DNA of 64,000 nucleotides from Vampirovibrionaceae bacterium NZW_1234 (lineage in GTDB: Bacteria; Cyanobacteriota; Vampirovibrionia; Vampirovibrionales; JAGQHJ01), in NCBI GenBank assembly GCA_041697335.1, contig JBGUGD010000025.1, positions 32,001-96,000 of the forward strand. Reading direction: 5' to 3'. The notes beneath the pieces are model-generated. The model searched no databases. It saw only the letters and a program-made list of their open reading frames with translations, and was not told the origin of the DNA. Numbering within the stretch: the first letter of the stretch is position 1; every line of letters begins with the position of its first letter. Below, piece by piece: positions 31,058 to 41,719 of this stretch. A program made the position numbers and the translations under genes.

Positions 31058-31864
31058 ATGCGTCCCATTGGCGTTGATTTGGTTTCCCCCCGTTTTTCAG
31101 GTCCCCGTCGGTCTTTGGTTCAGGCCAGTGTCCTTGGTTTAGGTATTGCGCTAAACAGCAGCCCTGCGCAAGTTCGGGCAGAAGCCCCTGCGAATGCTCC
31201 CGTAGCGGCTATTGAAAAACGCGAGGGCGAGGCTCCCAAAGTCATTTTGGCCAAGGAAACCGTCATTGCCGGAAAGTCTTTTGATGATACGCTGGAGCAG
31301 CCGCTGTTTACCGTGGTCCGCCGTTATGAACGTCCTGCCGATGCCAATGGCCACCGCGAAGGCTATAACGTGCAGGTCACACTGCAACTGAAACGGCTGG
31401 AACTGCACAACACCCAGAACGAGTTTGATAACGCCGATGATTTCCAGGCGGCGGCGAAACCGGCCCTGACCAAGATTGTGGAACAACGGGGCCTGGTTCA
31501 GGAATTGGATAACGCCGTGCTGGCCTTGAACCAAACCCCGCCGAATCCCAATCAGGGCCCAGTCAAGATTGATCTTCAGGCGTTGCAGAAGCAACTGGGC
31601 GCCATTCCGGCAGTGAAGCAAAAAGCCAACCTGGGCGTGGTCAATGTCGGTAATCAGCAGTATCAGGTGGAAGTCCAAGGCGTGAGTATTCTTCACAAGC
31701 CCACCATTACAACGCCTGCCACTCCGAATCTGCCCATTGAACAGCAAATCCTGAATGCCGCCAAAACCCCGGGTGGCCTGGTGGGGTTGGGTGCCCTGGG
31801 CGGCTCGGCCCTGACGCTTTTCCTGCGTCGTCTGTTTCGCCGCAAGCCGACGGCTAACGCATAA
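31058..31864 (+). CDS. hypothetical protein; PRFSG motif, RR/hydrophobic signal-like segment, C-terminal TM anchor with basic tail
   Basis: AAGGAG RBS; PRRSLVQASVLGLGIAL..VRA; GGSALTLFLRRLFRRK. Confidence 0.85.
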   Translation: MRPIGVDLVSPRFSGPRRSLVQASVLGLGIALNSSPAQVRAEAPANAPVAAIEKREGEAPKVILAKETVIAGKSFDDTLEQPLFTVVRRYERPADANGHREGYNVQVTLQLKRLELHNTQNEFDNADDFQAAAKPALTKIVEQRGLVQELDNAVLALNQTPPNPNQGPVKIDLQALQKQLGAIPAVKQKANLGVVNVGNQQYQVEVQGVSILHKPTITTPATPNLPIEQQILNAAKTPGGLVGLGALGGSALTLFLRRLFRRKPTANA

Positions 31865-31938
31865 CACTGACAGTCTTTGAATTAAAAGGCGGGCACACAC
31901 CATCTTGCGGATGGAAATGGGAGCCCGCATCCCCTAAT

Positions 31939-31972
31939 TTACACCCTCTCCCCTCATCAGGGAGAGGGTGTA
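31939..31972. terminator. perfect hairpin
   Basis: TTACACCCTCTCCCT-CATC-AGGGAGAGGGTGTAA. Confidence 0.7.
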
Positions 31973-32006
31973 AGCTTTTAAGGATGTCGCTTCGGTAAGA
32001 GAGTTC

Positions 32007-32065
32007 CTAGAAGCGAACGATTTGGATTGTATTACTGAAGGCCGAAGCCCCGCTGGCGTTGGTGG
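32007..32065 (-). pseudogene. 3' stub of a second subtilase allele
   Basis: Encodes TNASGASAFSNTIQIVRF*, same peptide as 34228-34286 with only silent changes. Confidence 0.9.
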
Positions 32066-32093
32066 TTGAGGTGACGCACGCCCCGCTGGGATC

Positions 32094-32263
32094 TCATGAG
32101 CACTGGGGGCTATGCCTCGCTGAGTGCCGATTTGCTCGGGGGATTGGCTTTGGCATCCCTGATTGTGGATTTAAAGTGTAAACCCTGCGGCTGGTTGCCA
32201 GTACTGGTCGTCTTAATGGCCGAGACCGCCTACTCCGGGGGACTGATCCGGCACCCGGAGATT
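32094..32263 (+). pseudogene. remnant copy of the 3' half of 29960..30424
   Basis: LSADLLGGLAL.SLIVDLKCK.CGWL.VLVVLMA..TAYSGGLIRHPEI with deletions. Confidence 0.9.
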
Positions 32264-32812
32264 TGCATGAACACGGCATATTGCTACGATGAAAAGAAAC
32301 GAGAGATGCATCAATCCGGGATTTACTGTGCGGTGTGAGACAAGGCCAAACGGAATCATCTGTTGAGCAGCACGCAAAAAAGGCGTCATTGAGAGAAGCG
32401 TCGGGTACGCTCAGGAGCCGAACATCCTTACGCCCACATGAAGCACCTGCAGAATTGCCGCAGAACCCGTTATTGTGTATTGGACAAGAACCGCTATCAT
32501 GCCACGTTCCAAGGAACGGCGTATAACTTCCGCGAGATGGTGTTTTTCCTAAAAAAGCAGGCCAAGCAAGTGTTAACCCGAATGACGAAAGTGATTGAAA
32601 TTGAAGCAAGAGCGAACTGTGCCAAAATGGTGTAAAATAAGCCAAGGAGTGCTTTGGATTTGGTTTTGAAAGTAAAAAATATGTAAAAAAACGGAAGGTT
32701 TAGCAGCGAATGATCTTGAGGCTCTATCATAAATGACAGCAAATTCAGAATTATTCAGTTAACCCTTCACTAAATCCAAGTAAACTTAGACTTTTGGAGT
32801 ACTTGATTCGTT

Positions 32813-33637
32813 ATGACGACTGTTGAAACACCCTTAATCGCACAACTTCAACTCAAAAATCTCTATTTGGATTTAATGAAGCGTTGTTTGATGAATTTGA
32901 TTTATGACAATGACGCCAATTTAGAGACAGGAGACTATGTCACCAATCCGGACACTGGGAAACTGATCCCTCAATCAGGTAAAGCCTACTCAGCGGAGGA
33001 AAAACTGACTGGCGTCATCTGGCCATCTGTAGCACACACGATGATTGGCTGGCATCGACTCACGAATTTACAAAATTGTGTGGAAGACATTCTTCAAAAC
33101 AATATTCCGGGCGATTTTATCGAAACCGGTGTCTGGCGTGGCGGGGCTTCTATTTTTGTTCGCTCCATTCTAAAAGCTTATGGTGTTACCGATCGTACTG
33201 TCTGGGTAGCCGACTCCTTTGAAGGGCTTCCGCCAACACAAGAATCCACCTATGAATCGGATCACAAATTTGATTGGCTCAGCAAAGTCGAAGTTCTGGC
33301 CGTTTCTCTTGACCAGGTGAAAGCCAACTTTTCCAAATACGGATTGCTGGATCATCAGGTGCAATTTTTAAAAGGATGGTTCTGCGATACATTGCCCACC
33401 GCACCCATTACCCGTTTAGCCCTTTTACGTCTGGATGGTGACTTGTACGAATCGACCATTGACGCACTAAATGCGCTCTACCCGAAACTCTCCGTCGGGG
33501 GATATGTTATTGTTGATGACTATCATGCCTTAGACGCATGCCGCATGGCTGTCCAAGATTATCGTCAAACCCATATTATTCATGATCCGATCCACGAAAT
33601 TGACGGCTCCGGTGTATTTTGGCAACGTACGCAATAA
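32813..33637 (+). CDS. TylF/MycF/NovP-type O-methyltransferase
   Basis: AHTMIG, GDFIETGVWRGG, ADSFEGLP, KGWF, RLDGDLYEST, IVDDY. Confidence 0.95.
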   Translation: MTTVETPLIAQLQLKNLYLDLMKRCLMNLIYDNDANLETGDYVTNPDTGKLIPQSGKAYSAEEKLTGVIWPSVAHTMIGWHRLTNLQNCVEDILQNNIPGDFIETGVWRGGASIFVRSILKAYGVTDRTVWVADSFEGLPPTQESTYESDHKFDWLSKVEVLAVSLDQVKANFSKYGLLDHQVQFLKGWFCDTLPTAPITRLALLRLDGDLYESTIDALNALYPKLSVGGYVIVDDYHALDACRMAVQDYRQTHIIHDPIHEIDGSGVFWQRTQ

Positions 33638-33640
33638 ACA

Positions 33641-33721
33641 ACCCCGGGTGGCATGGGTGGCTCGGCCCTGACGCTTTTCCTGCGTCGGCTGTTTCGCCGG
33701 AAGCCAGCGGCCAACGCTTAA
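33641..33721 (+). pseudogene. 3' stub copy of 31058..31864
   Basis: TPGG..GGSALTLFLRRLFRRKPAANA*, matches 31766-31864 with mostly silent changes and an internal deletion. Confidence 0.9.
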
Positions 33722-34185
33722 GCTTGCAGCGAAGGTGCCACCTGTCTAGTTGGCCACCATGTTACAGAAAATACAAATGATGTGTGTCTTTGGGCAATCC
33801 GGAAGCACACATTGTTTTATTTCCTTTAGATGAACTTGGCCTCATGGTGCCGAATCCCGAATCACAATTTGACGGCGTGAAGAACGAAGGAGAGAACGGA
33901 ACTTGTTGGAGGAGAGAGGAATATGGACTTATCAATTTCATTAACCGTGGGTACCGCGATCTTATCCGGTACGGTCACCAATACAACACCCCAACGCAGT
34001 CAGTTGCCCAGTCTGATAGGCCGAATGGACAAGATAGAGAAGCATCTGCAAGGCTTTTCGTTGCAAACTGGCCGTCTCCCAACCCCGTCGGGTTTTATGC
34101 TGAGTGTTTCAAACCCGGATAGTCAGAGTTGGTAATCCTGGGTTTCTAGTATCGATGTGAGCCCTACAGGCCATTCATCAGTTAG

Positions 34186-34219
34186 ACGCCAGCCGGAGCA
34201 TTACCGCTCCGGCTGGCGT
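34186..34219. terminator. hairpin after subtilase
   Basis: ACGCCAGCCGGAGC...GCTCCGGCTGGCGT. Confidence 0.7.
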
Positions 34220-34227
34220 TGCTGTTT

Positions 34228-35967
34228 TCAGAAGCGAACAATCTGAATGGTGTTGCTGAAGGCTGAAGCCCCGCTGGCGTTGGTGGCCCGGACCCGGTAG
34301 TAGTAGTCCCGGAACATGCCGGAGCCCAGCGAATCCGTCCAGGAGGTGACGTTAACCCCGAGCGACTTTACCATGGTGAAGCCGGTTGTCGGGCTCGTGC
34401 TTCGCCAGACTTCGTAGGTGGTCTCGTTGGTGGCGTTGTCCACCCAATTGAGCTGGACATAGCGATAGGCCAGCCAGCGATCCTGAACCAGGCGGGGGGT
34501 GCCGCTTAGATTACTGGGGGCCGCCGGAACAGTGGGAGCCGGTGTTGGCGAGGGAGTGGGGGCCGGGGTCGGTGCTGGTGCTGGGGCAGGTGCCGGACTG
34601 GGGGATGGACTTGGCGCCGGGGCCGGGGTGCTGGGATAGCCTGCCGCAGCTAAGGCGTTATTCAGGTTTAACGTGCCACCGGTGACGGTTTTCCCGCTCA
34701 GGTAGCCTACCTTGCGAGTCGTGTCCATCAGGATTTTCTTGACCTGGGCGTTGGTGAGCCCCGGGTTCTGTGCCCACATCAGGGCTGCAGCCCCGGCCAC
34801 ATGCGGTGTCGCCATAGACGTTCCGCTGTAGAGGGCATACCCCCCACCCGGAACGGTGCTCAATATTTTTTCGCCCGGAGCGGCCAGGTCGACGCTACTG
34901 CCGCCGAAGTTGGAGAAGGACGACAGGGCATCGGCCGCATTGATGGAGGCAACCGACATGACATTGGGCAAATCATAGCCTTGGGGATAATACGGGGTGG
35001 AATCGGTATTGGTGTTATTGTTTCCCGCCGCTGCAACGACCAGCCCCCCGCGTTGATTGTTGCGGTTAATGGCATCGTAGAGTGCCTGGGAAAACGACGT
35101 GCCGCCCCAGCTGTTGTTGCTGAGAAAGGCCCCGTTATTGGTGGCATAATCCAAGGCCTTGACGGCATTGCTGGTATATCCGCTGCCGTTGTTATCCAGG
35201 AATTTCAGGGGCATGACCCGGATGCCTGCCGGTCCCACCACCCCGGCGACACCGGTGCTGTTGTTGAACGCAGCCACCAGGGTGCCGGACACATGGGTCC
35301 CATGGCCTCGATCGTCGCTGGGATTGTTGGTATTTGCCACGAAGTTCCAGCCTCGGATGTCGTCGATGTAGCCGTTACCGTCATCATCGACACCGTTACC
35401 GACTACTTCCCTCGGGTTCGTCCAGATTCGTCCCGAGAGATCGGGGTGGGAAAAATCGATACCGCTGTCGAGAACGGCAATCGTCAGGCTGTTCCCGGCG
35501 GGTCTGAACCGATCCCAGGCTTCTGGAGCATCAATGTCATTTCCGGCGATGCCGCTGGTTTGGCCGGTGTTATGAAGCCCCCACAGATCTTTAAAGCTGG
35601 GGTCGTTGGGGATGGCCACTTCGGTGACACGGTAGTTGGGCTCGGCCCCAGCCAGCTCCGGTAATTGACGGGCATAGGCCAGGGCGTTCATGATGGCCGG
35701 GCTGTTCAGGCGAATCCGAAACCAGCCGTCCGCGCTGATTTGTTCCAAGGGGGTTGCCTGCAAGCGGGCATAGACCTGTTGCATGATGGCAGGTGGCACG
35801 TTGGGCCGGACTTTAATCAACAGCTCGCCCGGCGCATACTCCAGGGGAGCCACCTGTGCCGCTTGTTGGCCAAAGGCCAAGGGCATTCCGGCCAGGCTGT
35901 GGCTGGCAAGAATCACCAGGCAGGATAAAACCGCCGCCGGACGGCGAAAGGAATCTCGAATAGTCAT
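34228..35967 (-). CDS. secreted S8 subtilisin-like serine protease with Pro-rich linker and FN3 domain
   Basis: Signal peptide; AVLDSG, HGTHVSG, SGTSMATP; WVDNATNE..YYYRVRA. Confidence 0.96.
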   Translation of the reverse strand: MTIRDSFRRPAAVLSCLVILASHSLAGMPLAFGQQAAQVAPLEYAPGELLIKVRPNVPPAIMQQVYARLQATPLEQISADGWFRIRLNSPAIMNALAYARQLPELAGAEPNYRVTEVAIPNDPSFKDLWGLHNTGQTSGIAGNDIDAPEAWDRFRPAGNSLTIAVLDSGIDFSHPDLSGRIWTNPREVVGNGVDDDGNGYIDDIRGWNFVANTNNPSDDRGHGTHVSGTLVAAFNNSTGVAGVVGPAGIRVMPLKFLDNNGSGYTSNAVKALDYATNNGAFLSNNSWGGTSFSQALYDAINRNNQRGGLVVAAAGNNNTNTDSTPYYPQGYDLPNVMSVASINAADALSSFSNFGGSSVDLAAPGEKILSTVPGGGYALYSGTSMATPHVAGAAALMWAQNPGLTNAQVKKILMDTTRKVGYLSGKTVTGGTLNLNNALAAAGYPSTPAPAPSPSPSPAPAPAPAPTPAPTPSPTPAPTVPAAPSNLSGTPRLVQDRWLAYRYVQLNWVDNATNETTYEVWRSTSPTTGFTMVKSLGVNVTSWTDSLGSGMFRDYYYRVRATNASGASAFSNTIQIVRF

Positions 35968-36290
35968 AAGGCGTGTGCTTCTCTTCTTCTCGTTACATCT
36001 CGATTGAAATCGCTACAAAACAGCCTGTTTCTCAAAATCAAGGAACGGCGAAAGGAACAGGCTGTACTGTGTTATACCCTATGAAATCCGACTTGACCAC
36101 TGTTGAGGTGGGCTGTGGTGAAAAACTGTGTTAGTGAGTGTTTTGACGTGTCGCTTGGGAAGAACGCTCTCCTTGAGTGCGATTAGCAGGCTCGTCGTTT
36201 GTAGTGACACACCGAAGGCATCAGGTTTGCGTCACACGTGCGTTTATCGTATATGTGGAACATCACTGGTTTTAAAAGGGAATCGAGCAA

Positions 36291-37505
36291 ATGATGCATG
36301 TGACGGGAGTCAATCGGCTACAACGTCCGGTCAAGGCAACTATCGGGAAACGTTCGGAGGGTGTTGCTACTGTAAAAACGCCATTGTTTAAAGGGGGGCA
36401 ATCCGATAAGGTCACCGTCTCCCCTCAGGATATGCCGTTACTATCGACGCCCTTTGTGCCCAGTGCCAAGTGGGTCGAGCAATTGAGAAAGGCAATGGAA
36501 GGCCCGTATGTGGGTCGATACGGCTTTTATTACCCCCGAAATCGCTATAACATCTTAACCGCCCCTATCCATAAGGCGATTGAAAACGCCGGTGTCAAAA
36601 TGACGCGATTTTTCAATGTCGAGGCGAAAATCCCAGATAAAGTCGTGGGCAATGGCCCTGATTTTGTGCCCAAGATGCAGGAAGAAATTCAATACAAGCT
36701 CTATGGCCCCTTGTGGAACATCTACCATTTCCATGGTGCGGTGAATCCCGATGTGGGTGTCGTCGCGGTTTCCGATGGAAAGAGCTTTACGCCGGAAGTT
36801 ATTCGGCGCTTGTCCGAAGGTTTTCCGCCGGTAAAAAGTGCGGCTTTCCCCAAGCTGCTCAGCGATCTGCACGATGAGCTGGTGGCTCACGCCCGGCAAT
36901 TCCCAGGAGAGCTTTCTGTACAGGAGGATAAGCTGGTATTTGCCTCTATTCGACCCGAATTAGGGACACTGGAGCCCCTGGATCGGCCTAACCGTAAAAA
37001 AGTCGGAGGCCCCTTCAAGCTGGAACGGATGCGTGGCCAAGACTATCTTGCCTTGGGGCAGACTCGGCTGGTGACGGACCCCAAGACCCAGGAGGAACTG
37101 CTGGCCCATATTCAGGTGGGTTTCGTGATGACGCCACCCCCCGCGGAATCCGTGTTCAGAAACGGTAATGTCAGGACTTTGGAGCCGCAGTTCCAGGCGA
37201 TGATTCAAGACCACTTGGAGGGACCCATTCAAGAGGCGCTGCAAAAGGTCCTCGAAAAGGATATTCGTCAGGAGGTGCTCTTCAAGGAAGACGGCTATCG
37301 CTTTATTCCCCGCAAGTTTCTGGGCTGGCAGCCTCAGGGCAAAAGCACCCATTGGGCTGATGCGTTGCCGATACCGACCCAAAAAGAATTGGGAGCGATC
37401 CGGGTCACCAGCGAGTCTGGGGAAGAGGAACATTCGGTGACCTTGAAGCATGTGTCCCTTCATTTCATCGACTCGAAGGGGACGTTCTACGGCGCGGATT
37501 TATAA
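36291..37505 (+). CDS. hypothetical protein (N-terminal PLFKG)
   Basis: 404-aa ORF. Confidence 0.8.
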   Translation: MMHVTGVNRLQRPVKATIGKRSEGVATVKTPLFKGGQSDKVTVSPQDMPLLSTPFVPSAKWVEQLRKAMEGPYVGRYGFYYPRNRYNILTAPIHKAIENAGVKMTRFFNVEAKIPDKVVGNGPDFVPKMQEEIQYKLYGPLWNIYHFHGAVNPDVGVVAVSDGKSFTPEVIRRLSEGFPPVKSAAFPKLLSDLHDELVAHARQFPGELSVQEDKLVFASIRPELGTLEPLDRPNRKKVGGPFKLERMRGQDYLALGQTRLVTDPKTQEELLAHIQVGFVMTPPPAESVFRNGNVRTLEPQFQAMIQDHLEGPIQEALQKVLEKDIRQEVLFKEDGYRFIPRKFLGWQPQGKSTHWADALPIPTQKELGAIRVTSESGEEEHSVTLKHVSLHFIDSKGTFYGADL

Positions 37506-37611
37506 GCACCCGGGCGCCGAGGGTACGCTGTGACATTTCTTCATACTTTGTCATGCATGCCGCTTGAGGGCCTTTCAATCTAACGGATATGCAACAAAGG
37601 AGTTTTTAGAG

Positions 37612-38133
37612 ATGATCCCTACCCAGCTTCGCTCCGGGTTCACCCCACCTCAGTTCAATGCCGGTGCTCGTACCAAGGCCCCCAATCACGTTGCATTTCG
37701 GGGTGCCACCGAAACACCGTGGGAAACTGCCGCGGGCCTGTTGGCCGATAATGCCGCCAACTGGTGGGTAGGCCGGATGAAAGAGTCCAAATACTATAGT
37801 GGCCATCCCACGCCGGGAAAAGGTCGGCTGATCAATGACGAGGAGTTGGGGAGATTCGCCGATTCACTCAAAGAACTTCTGAAACAGCGGTTTTTAAATC
37901 CCCAGGCCCAGGACGGCACCTTTGGCGTGACCGTTGAGATGGAATACTCGCCTTTCGGTATCCTGAAACAGGCCCTTCAAAACACCCCCATCGATAACGC
38001 CGCCACATTAAAGCTGATGCTGCCCTATAAGACCGGCATGACCATTAAAGACGGCACCATTATTGCCCACAGGGCCTCCGGTAAGGACGAATCTGTCTAC
38101 ACCCTGCCCGATGGCTATAAAGAGCTGCTTTAG
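37612..38133 (+). CDS. hypothetical protein (N-terminal PQFNA / VAFRG)
   Basis: AAGGAG RBS; 173 aa. Confidence 0.78.
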   Translation: MIPTQLRSGFTPPQFNAGARTKAPNHVAFRGATETPWETAAGLLADNAANWWVGRMKESKYYSGHPTPGKGRLINDEELGRFADSLKELLKQRFLNPQAQDGTFGVTVEMEYSPFGILKQALQNTPIDNAATLKLMLPYKTGMTIKDGTIIAHRASGKDESVYTLPDGYKELL

Positions 38134-38153
38134 GTCGCTGATTAGATAAATAC

Positions 38154-40808
38154 CTACCGGACAAATTGCGCCAGCTGATCTTCAATGGTGGTCATCTGCT
38201 GCTTCAGCTCATCCAGGCGGGCCCGATCTTTTTCGACAACGGCCGCAGGCGCGCGTTCAACAAAGCTGGGATTATTTAGGCGCCCGGCCAGCTGATCGTA
38301 TTCTTTTTGCAGCGTTTCCAGCTTTTTCTTCTGGCGGCTGACTTCGGCATCCACGTCAATGGCTCCGGCCAGGGACACCACCACGCGGCAGGAGCCCACG
38401 ACATCGGCAGCGGAGTTGGCCGGTTTTTCGGTTAACGCCTCGGTCAAGGTCAGGGATTCCAGCTTGACGAAGTGGTGAATGACATCCTGGTTGGCCTCCA
38501 AGGCCGCCATTTCATCGGGATCGGTGACCTCCAGAATGACCGGCGTGGGATGCGGATGCGGCACACCCGAGGCCTGGCGGACGTTTCGGATGGCCCGGAT
38601 GACGTTAATGACCGTGAGAATCGATTCATGAACCGGCCGGTTTTTTTCGGGGTCATACGCCGTCAGCGTCGGATAAGCACTGATCATCAGAGACTTGCCC
38701 GTGCGATGGGGCAGCATTTGCCAGATCTCTTCGGTAATGTGAGGCATGATGGGGTGCATCAGGCGCAGGGTCTGATCCAGCACATAGAGCAGGACCCGCT
38801 GGGTGTTGGCCTTGGTGGTCTCATCCCGGAGCTGCTTCTTGGCATATTCCACATACCAGTCGCAAAACAGGTTCCAGATGAACTCATAGAGGTCATCGGC
38901 CAGCTCGCCGAAGCGAAACTCGCTGAGCGCCGTATTGGCCTGGTGCGTATAATGCTTGAGCGAGGCCAGAATCCAGCGATCCATATTGGACAGGGCCGAC
39001 TCGTCAATGGGTTGGTTGTCGACACCTTCCAGGTTCATCAGCACGAAGCGCGAGGCGTTCCACAGCTTGTTGGCAAAGAGCTTGCCCTGCTCAAAGCTGT
39101 CTTTGGACAACTTGATGTCCTGACCGCCATAGGTCACCAGGCGGGTCAGGGAGAATCGCATGGCATCACAGCCATAGCTGTCGATGATTTCCACCGGGTC
39201 GATGGTGTTGCCCTTGGACTTACTCATTTTCTGGCCTTTTTCGTCCCGAATCAGGCCGTGGATGTAGACCGTGTGGAAGGGACTTTTGTCTGTCAGCTCC
39301 AGGCCGTCCATCACCATCCGGGCGACCCAGAAAAAGATGATGTCAAAGCCGGTCACGAGAACCGAGGTCGGGTAGAACTTCTGAAAGTCGGGAGCCGAGG
39401 TATCGGGCCAGCCCATGGTGCTGAAGGGCCACAAGCCCGAGGAAAACCAGGTGTCGAGAACGTCGGTTTCCTGGGTTAGTTTTGAGGATTTGCATTTGTG
39501 GCACTGGGTCGGAGTCTCCACGGCCACCGTGATTTCCGAACAATCGTCACAGTACCAGGCCGGAATCTGATGGCCCCACCATAATTGGCGGCTGATACAC
39601 CAATCCCGGATGTTGTGCATCCAGTCGAGGTAAATCTTGGTCCAGCGTTCGGGGATGAACTTCAATTCGCCCTGATCATGGCTTTGAATGCATTTTTCCG
39701 CAAGCGGCTTGCACCGGACAAACCATTGCTTGGACAACAATGGCTCAATGCTGGTGCCGCAGCGCTGGCAGTGACCCACGTTGTGACTGTGCGGCTCTTT
39801 TTTCACCAGGAACCCATGTTGTTCGAGCAAGGCTTCGGTCTGCTTACGGGCTTCGAAGCGATCCAGCCCGTGAAGGCTTTCGGGGACCCGGGAAACGGTT
39901 TCCATGTTGCCTTTGGTGTCGATGACCCATTCGGCTTCCAGGTTGTGGCGAAGGGCCATCTCGAAGTCATTGGGGTCGTGGGCCGGGGTGATTTTAACGG
40001 CACCGGTCCCGAACTCGGCATCAACGTAGTCATCGGCAATAATGGGGATTTCCACATTGGCCAGGGGGAGAATCAGGGTCTTGCCGATGAGGTTCTTGTA
40101 GCGGCTGTCGTTGGGGTTCACGGCCACGGCCACGTCGCCGAACATGGTTTCCGGGCGGGTGGTGGCAACCACCAGGGCACCGGGGGCATCTTTCAGCGGG
40201 TAGCTGATTTCCCACAGAAAACTGTCTTCTTCGCTGTATTCGGTCTCAATGTCGGAAATGGCCGAGGTACAGCGGGGGCACCAGTTGACGATATAGGTAC
40301 CGCGATAGATCAGGCCCTTGTCATAGAGGCGAACAAAGGCTTCCCGGACGGCACGGGACAAGCCGTCATCCAGGGTAAAGCGCTGGCGGTTCCAGTCGGG
40401 GGAAATGCCCAGACGCTTGAACTGGTTGACGATATCGGTCTTACGGGCATTGGCCCACTCCCAGACGACCTCCAGAAACTTTTCACGGCCCAGATCGAAC
40501 TTGGTGACGCCTTTTTCACGCAGGTTACGTTCCACCACGTTCTGGGTGGCGATACCGGCGTGATCGGTTCCCGGCATCCACAGGGTTTCATGGCCCAGCA
40601 TCCGGTGCCAGCGGATGAGGATGTCCTGAAGAGTGTTGTCCAGGGCGTGACCCATGTGAAGTGTGCCGGTGACATTGGGTGGCGGAATGACAATGGAAAA
40701 TTGTTCGCTGGCATTGGCGTTGACTTCCGGCGCGAACAGGGTCTCCTGTTCCCAAAAGGCATAAATTTTGTCTTCAACGGTCCGGGGAGAGTATGTCTTT
40801 TCAAGCAT
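38154..40808 (-). CDS. valS: valine--tRNA ligase
   Basis: PPPNVTGTLHMGH, DWCISRQLWWGH, KMSKS, C-terminal coiled coil. Confidence 0.98.
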   Translation of the reverse strand: MLEKTYSPRTVEDKIYAFWEQETLFAPEVNANASEQFSIVIPPPNVTGTLHMGHALDNTLQDILIRWHRMLGHETLWMPGTDHAGIATQNVVERNLREKGVTKFDLGREKFLEVVWEWANARKTDIVNQFKRLGISPDWNRQRFTLDDGLSRAVREAFVRLYDKGLIYRGTYIVNWCPRCTSAISDIETEYSEEDSFLWEISYPLKDAPGALVVATTRPETMFGDVAVAVNPNDSRYKNLIGKTLILPLANVEIPIIADDYVDAEFGTGAVKITPAHDPNDFEMALRHNLEAEWVIDTKGNMETVSRVPESLHGLDRFEARKQTEALLEQHGFLVKKEPHSHNVGHCQRCGTSIEPLLSKQWFVRCKPLAEKCIQSHDQGELKFIPERWTKIYLDWMHNIRDWCISRQLWWGHQIPAWYCDDCSEITVAVETPTQCHKCKSSKLTQETDVLDTWFSSGLWPFSTMGWPDTSAPDFQKFYPTSVLVTGFDIIFFWVARMVMDGLELTDKSPFHTVYIHGLIRDEKGQKMSKSKGNTIDPVEIIDSYGCDAMRFSLTRLVTYGGQDIKLSKDSFEQGKLFANKLWNASRFVLMNLEGVDNQPIDESALSNMDRWILASLKHYTHQANTALSEFRFGELADDLYEFIWNLFCDWYVEYAKKQLRDETTKANTQRVLLYVLDQTLRLMHPIMPHITEEIWQMLPHRTGKSLMISAYPTLTAYDPEKNRPVHESILTVINVIRAIRNVRQASGVPHPHPTPVILEVTDPDEMAALEANQDVIHHFVKLESLTLTEALTEKPANSAADVVGSCRVVVSLAGAIDVDAEVSRQKKKLETLQKEYDQLAGRLNNPSFVERAPAAVVEKDRARLDELKQQMTTIEDQLAQFVR

Positions 40809-40951
40809 GAGATCGGGCCACTTCAACTATTGTTAACGCTTCGACACAAAATTGACCGGCGAGGATGCCGGAGGTTATAGTAGGATATCACATCAACCCC
40901 CGAACGAGTAGCCTTTGACAGGCTGCCCGGATTGGGATAAGGTGACATACC

Positions 40952-41593
40952 ATGGGCAATAGACATGACTCAAGCGGAGAAGAAGATATGACCCCATTGT
41001 CGCTGGAAGAGCAAGAACCGGGCGTTTATGTCCGTAGTGATCGTCCATCGAACGAACTGGATTTTTTGTGGGATCGGGAGCGGAAGAAGGGTGTTGATCA
41101 GGATCGATTCAATCTCGGCTTCTTTTTAGGTGGTTTTTTTGTAGGGTCCCTGGCCACCTTGGCAGGGTGCCTGTTGTATTTCTCCGGCATGAAGATGTTT
41201 ATTCCGGCCCAGGATGCTGAAAAGCCCCCGGTCATTGAAGAACGGACTCTCGATAAGACTGTTCAGTCTGAGGTGCCGGTGAAGGCCGACTCCTCCCAAA
41301 CTGTGACCGCTCCGGAGCCGGTAAAAACCGAAGCAAAGCCCAATAGCGGCTTTCAACTGCCGTTCTTCTCGTCCAAACCCAAACAGGATGAAGCGGCAAA
41401 AACCGAAGCGCCGGAACTGAAAGCCCGGACGTATGAAGTGCAATCCGGGGATACACTCGGCAGCATTGCCATCAAGTTTTACAATTCCAGCAGCCAGGAG
41501 TTGATGGAAAAGATCAAGCGGGCCAACAACATGCAGGATGCCGACAGTCTGCAAATCGGCCAAAAGCTGACCATCCCGCCCAAGTCATACTAA
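40952..41593 (+). CDS. membrane-anchored LysM domain protein
   Basis: Single TM; YEVQSGDTLGSIA..N..LQIGQKLTIP. Confidence 0.92.
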   Translation: MGNRHDSSGEEDMTPLSLEEQEPGVYVRSDRPSNELDFLWDRERKKGVDQDRFNLGFFLGGFFVGSLATLAGCLLYFSGMKMFIPAQDAEKPPVIEERTLDKTVQSEVPVKADSSQTVTAPEPVKTEAKPNSGFQLPFFSSKPKQDEAAKTEAPELKARTYEVQSGDTLGSIAIKFYNSSSQELMEKIKRANNMQDADSLQIGQKLTIPPKSY

Positions 41594-41719
41594 AAGAAAC
41601 CGTCTGCCTGTTGCAGGATTTTAAGGGCCTCCCCGTCTCAGGCAATTTCGACGCTTGAGGTGAGTTTATTGCGACACGTGTTTTCCCTTGCATAAACAAC
41701 CTATGAGGCCCTGTTCTCG

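Noticed and set aside
33784..34135. Two overlapping small ORFs
   Set aside because: No family motifs; located in a decayed region.
38472..40880. Long antisense ORFs opposite valS (also opposite gap, fbaB, subtilase)
   Set aside because: Shadows of codon bias on the coding strand.
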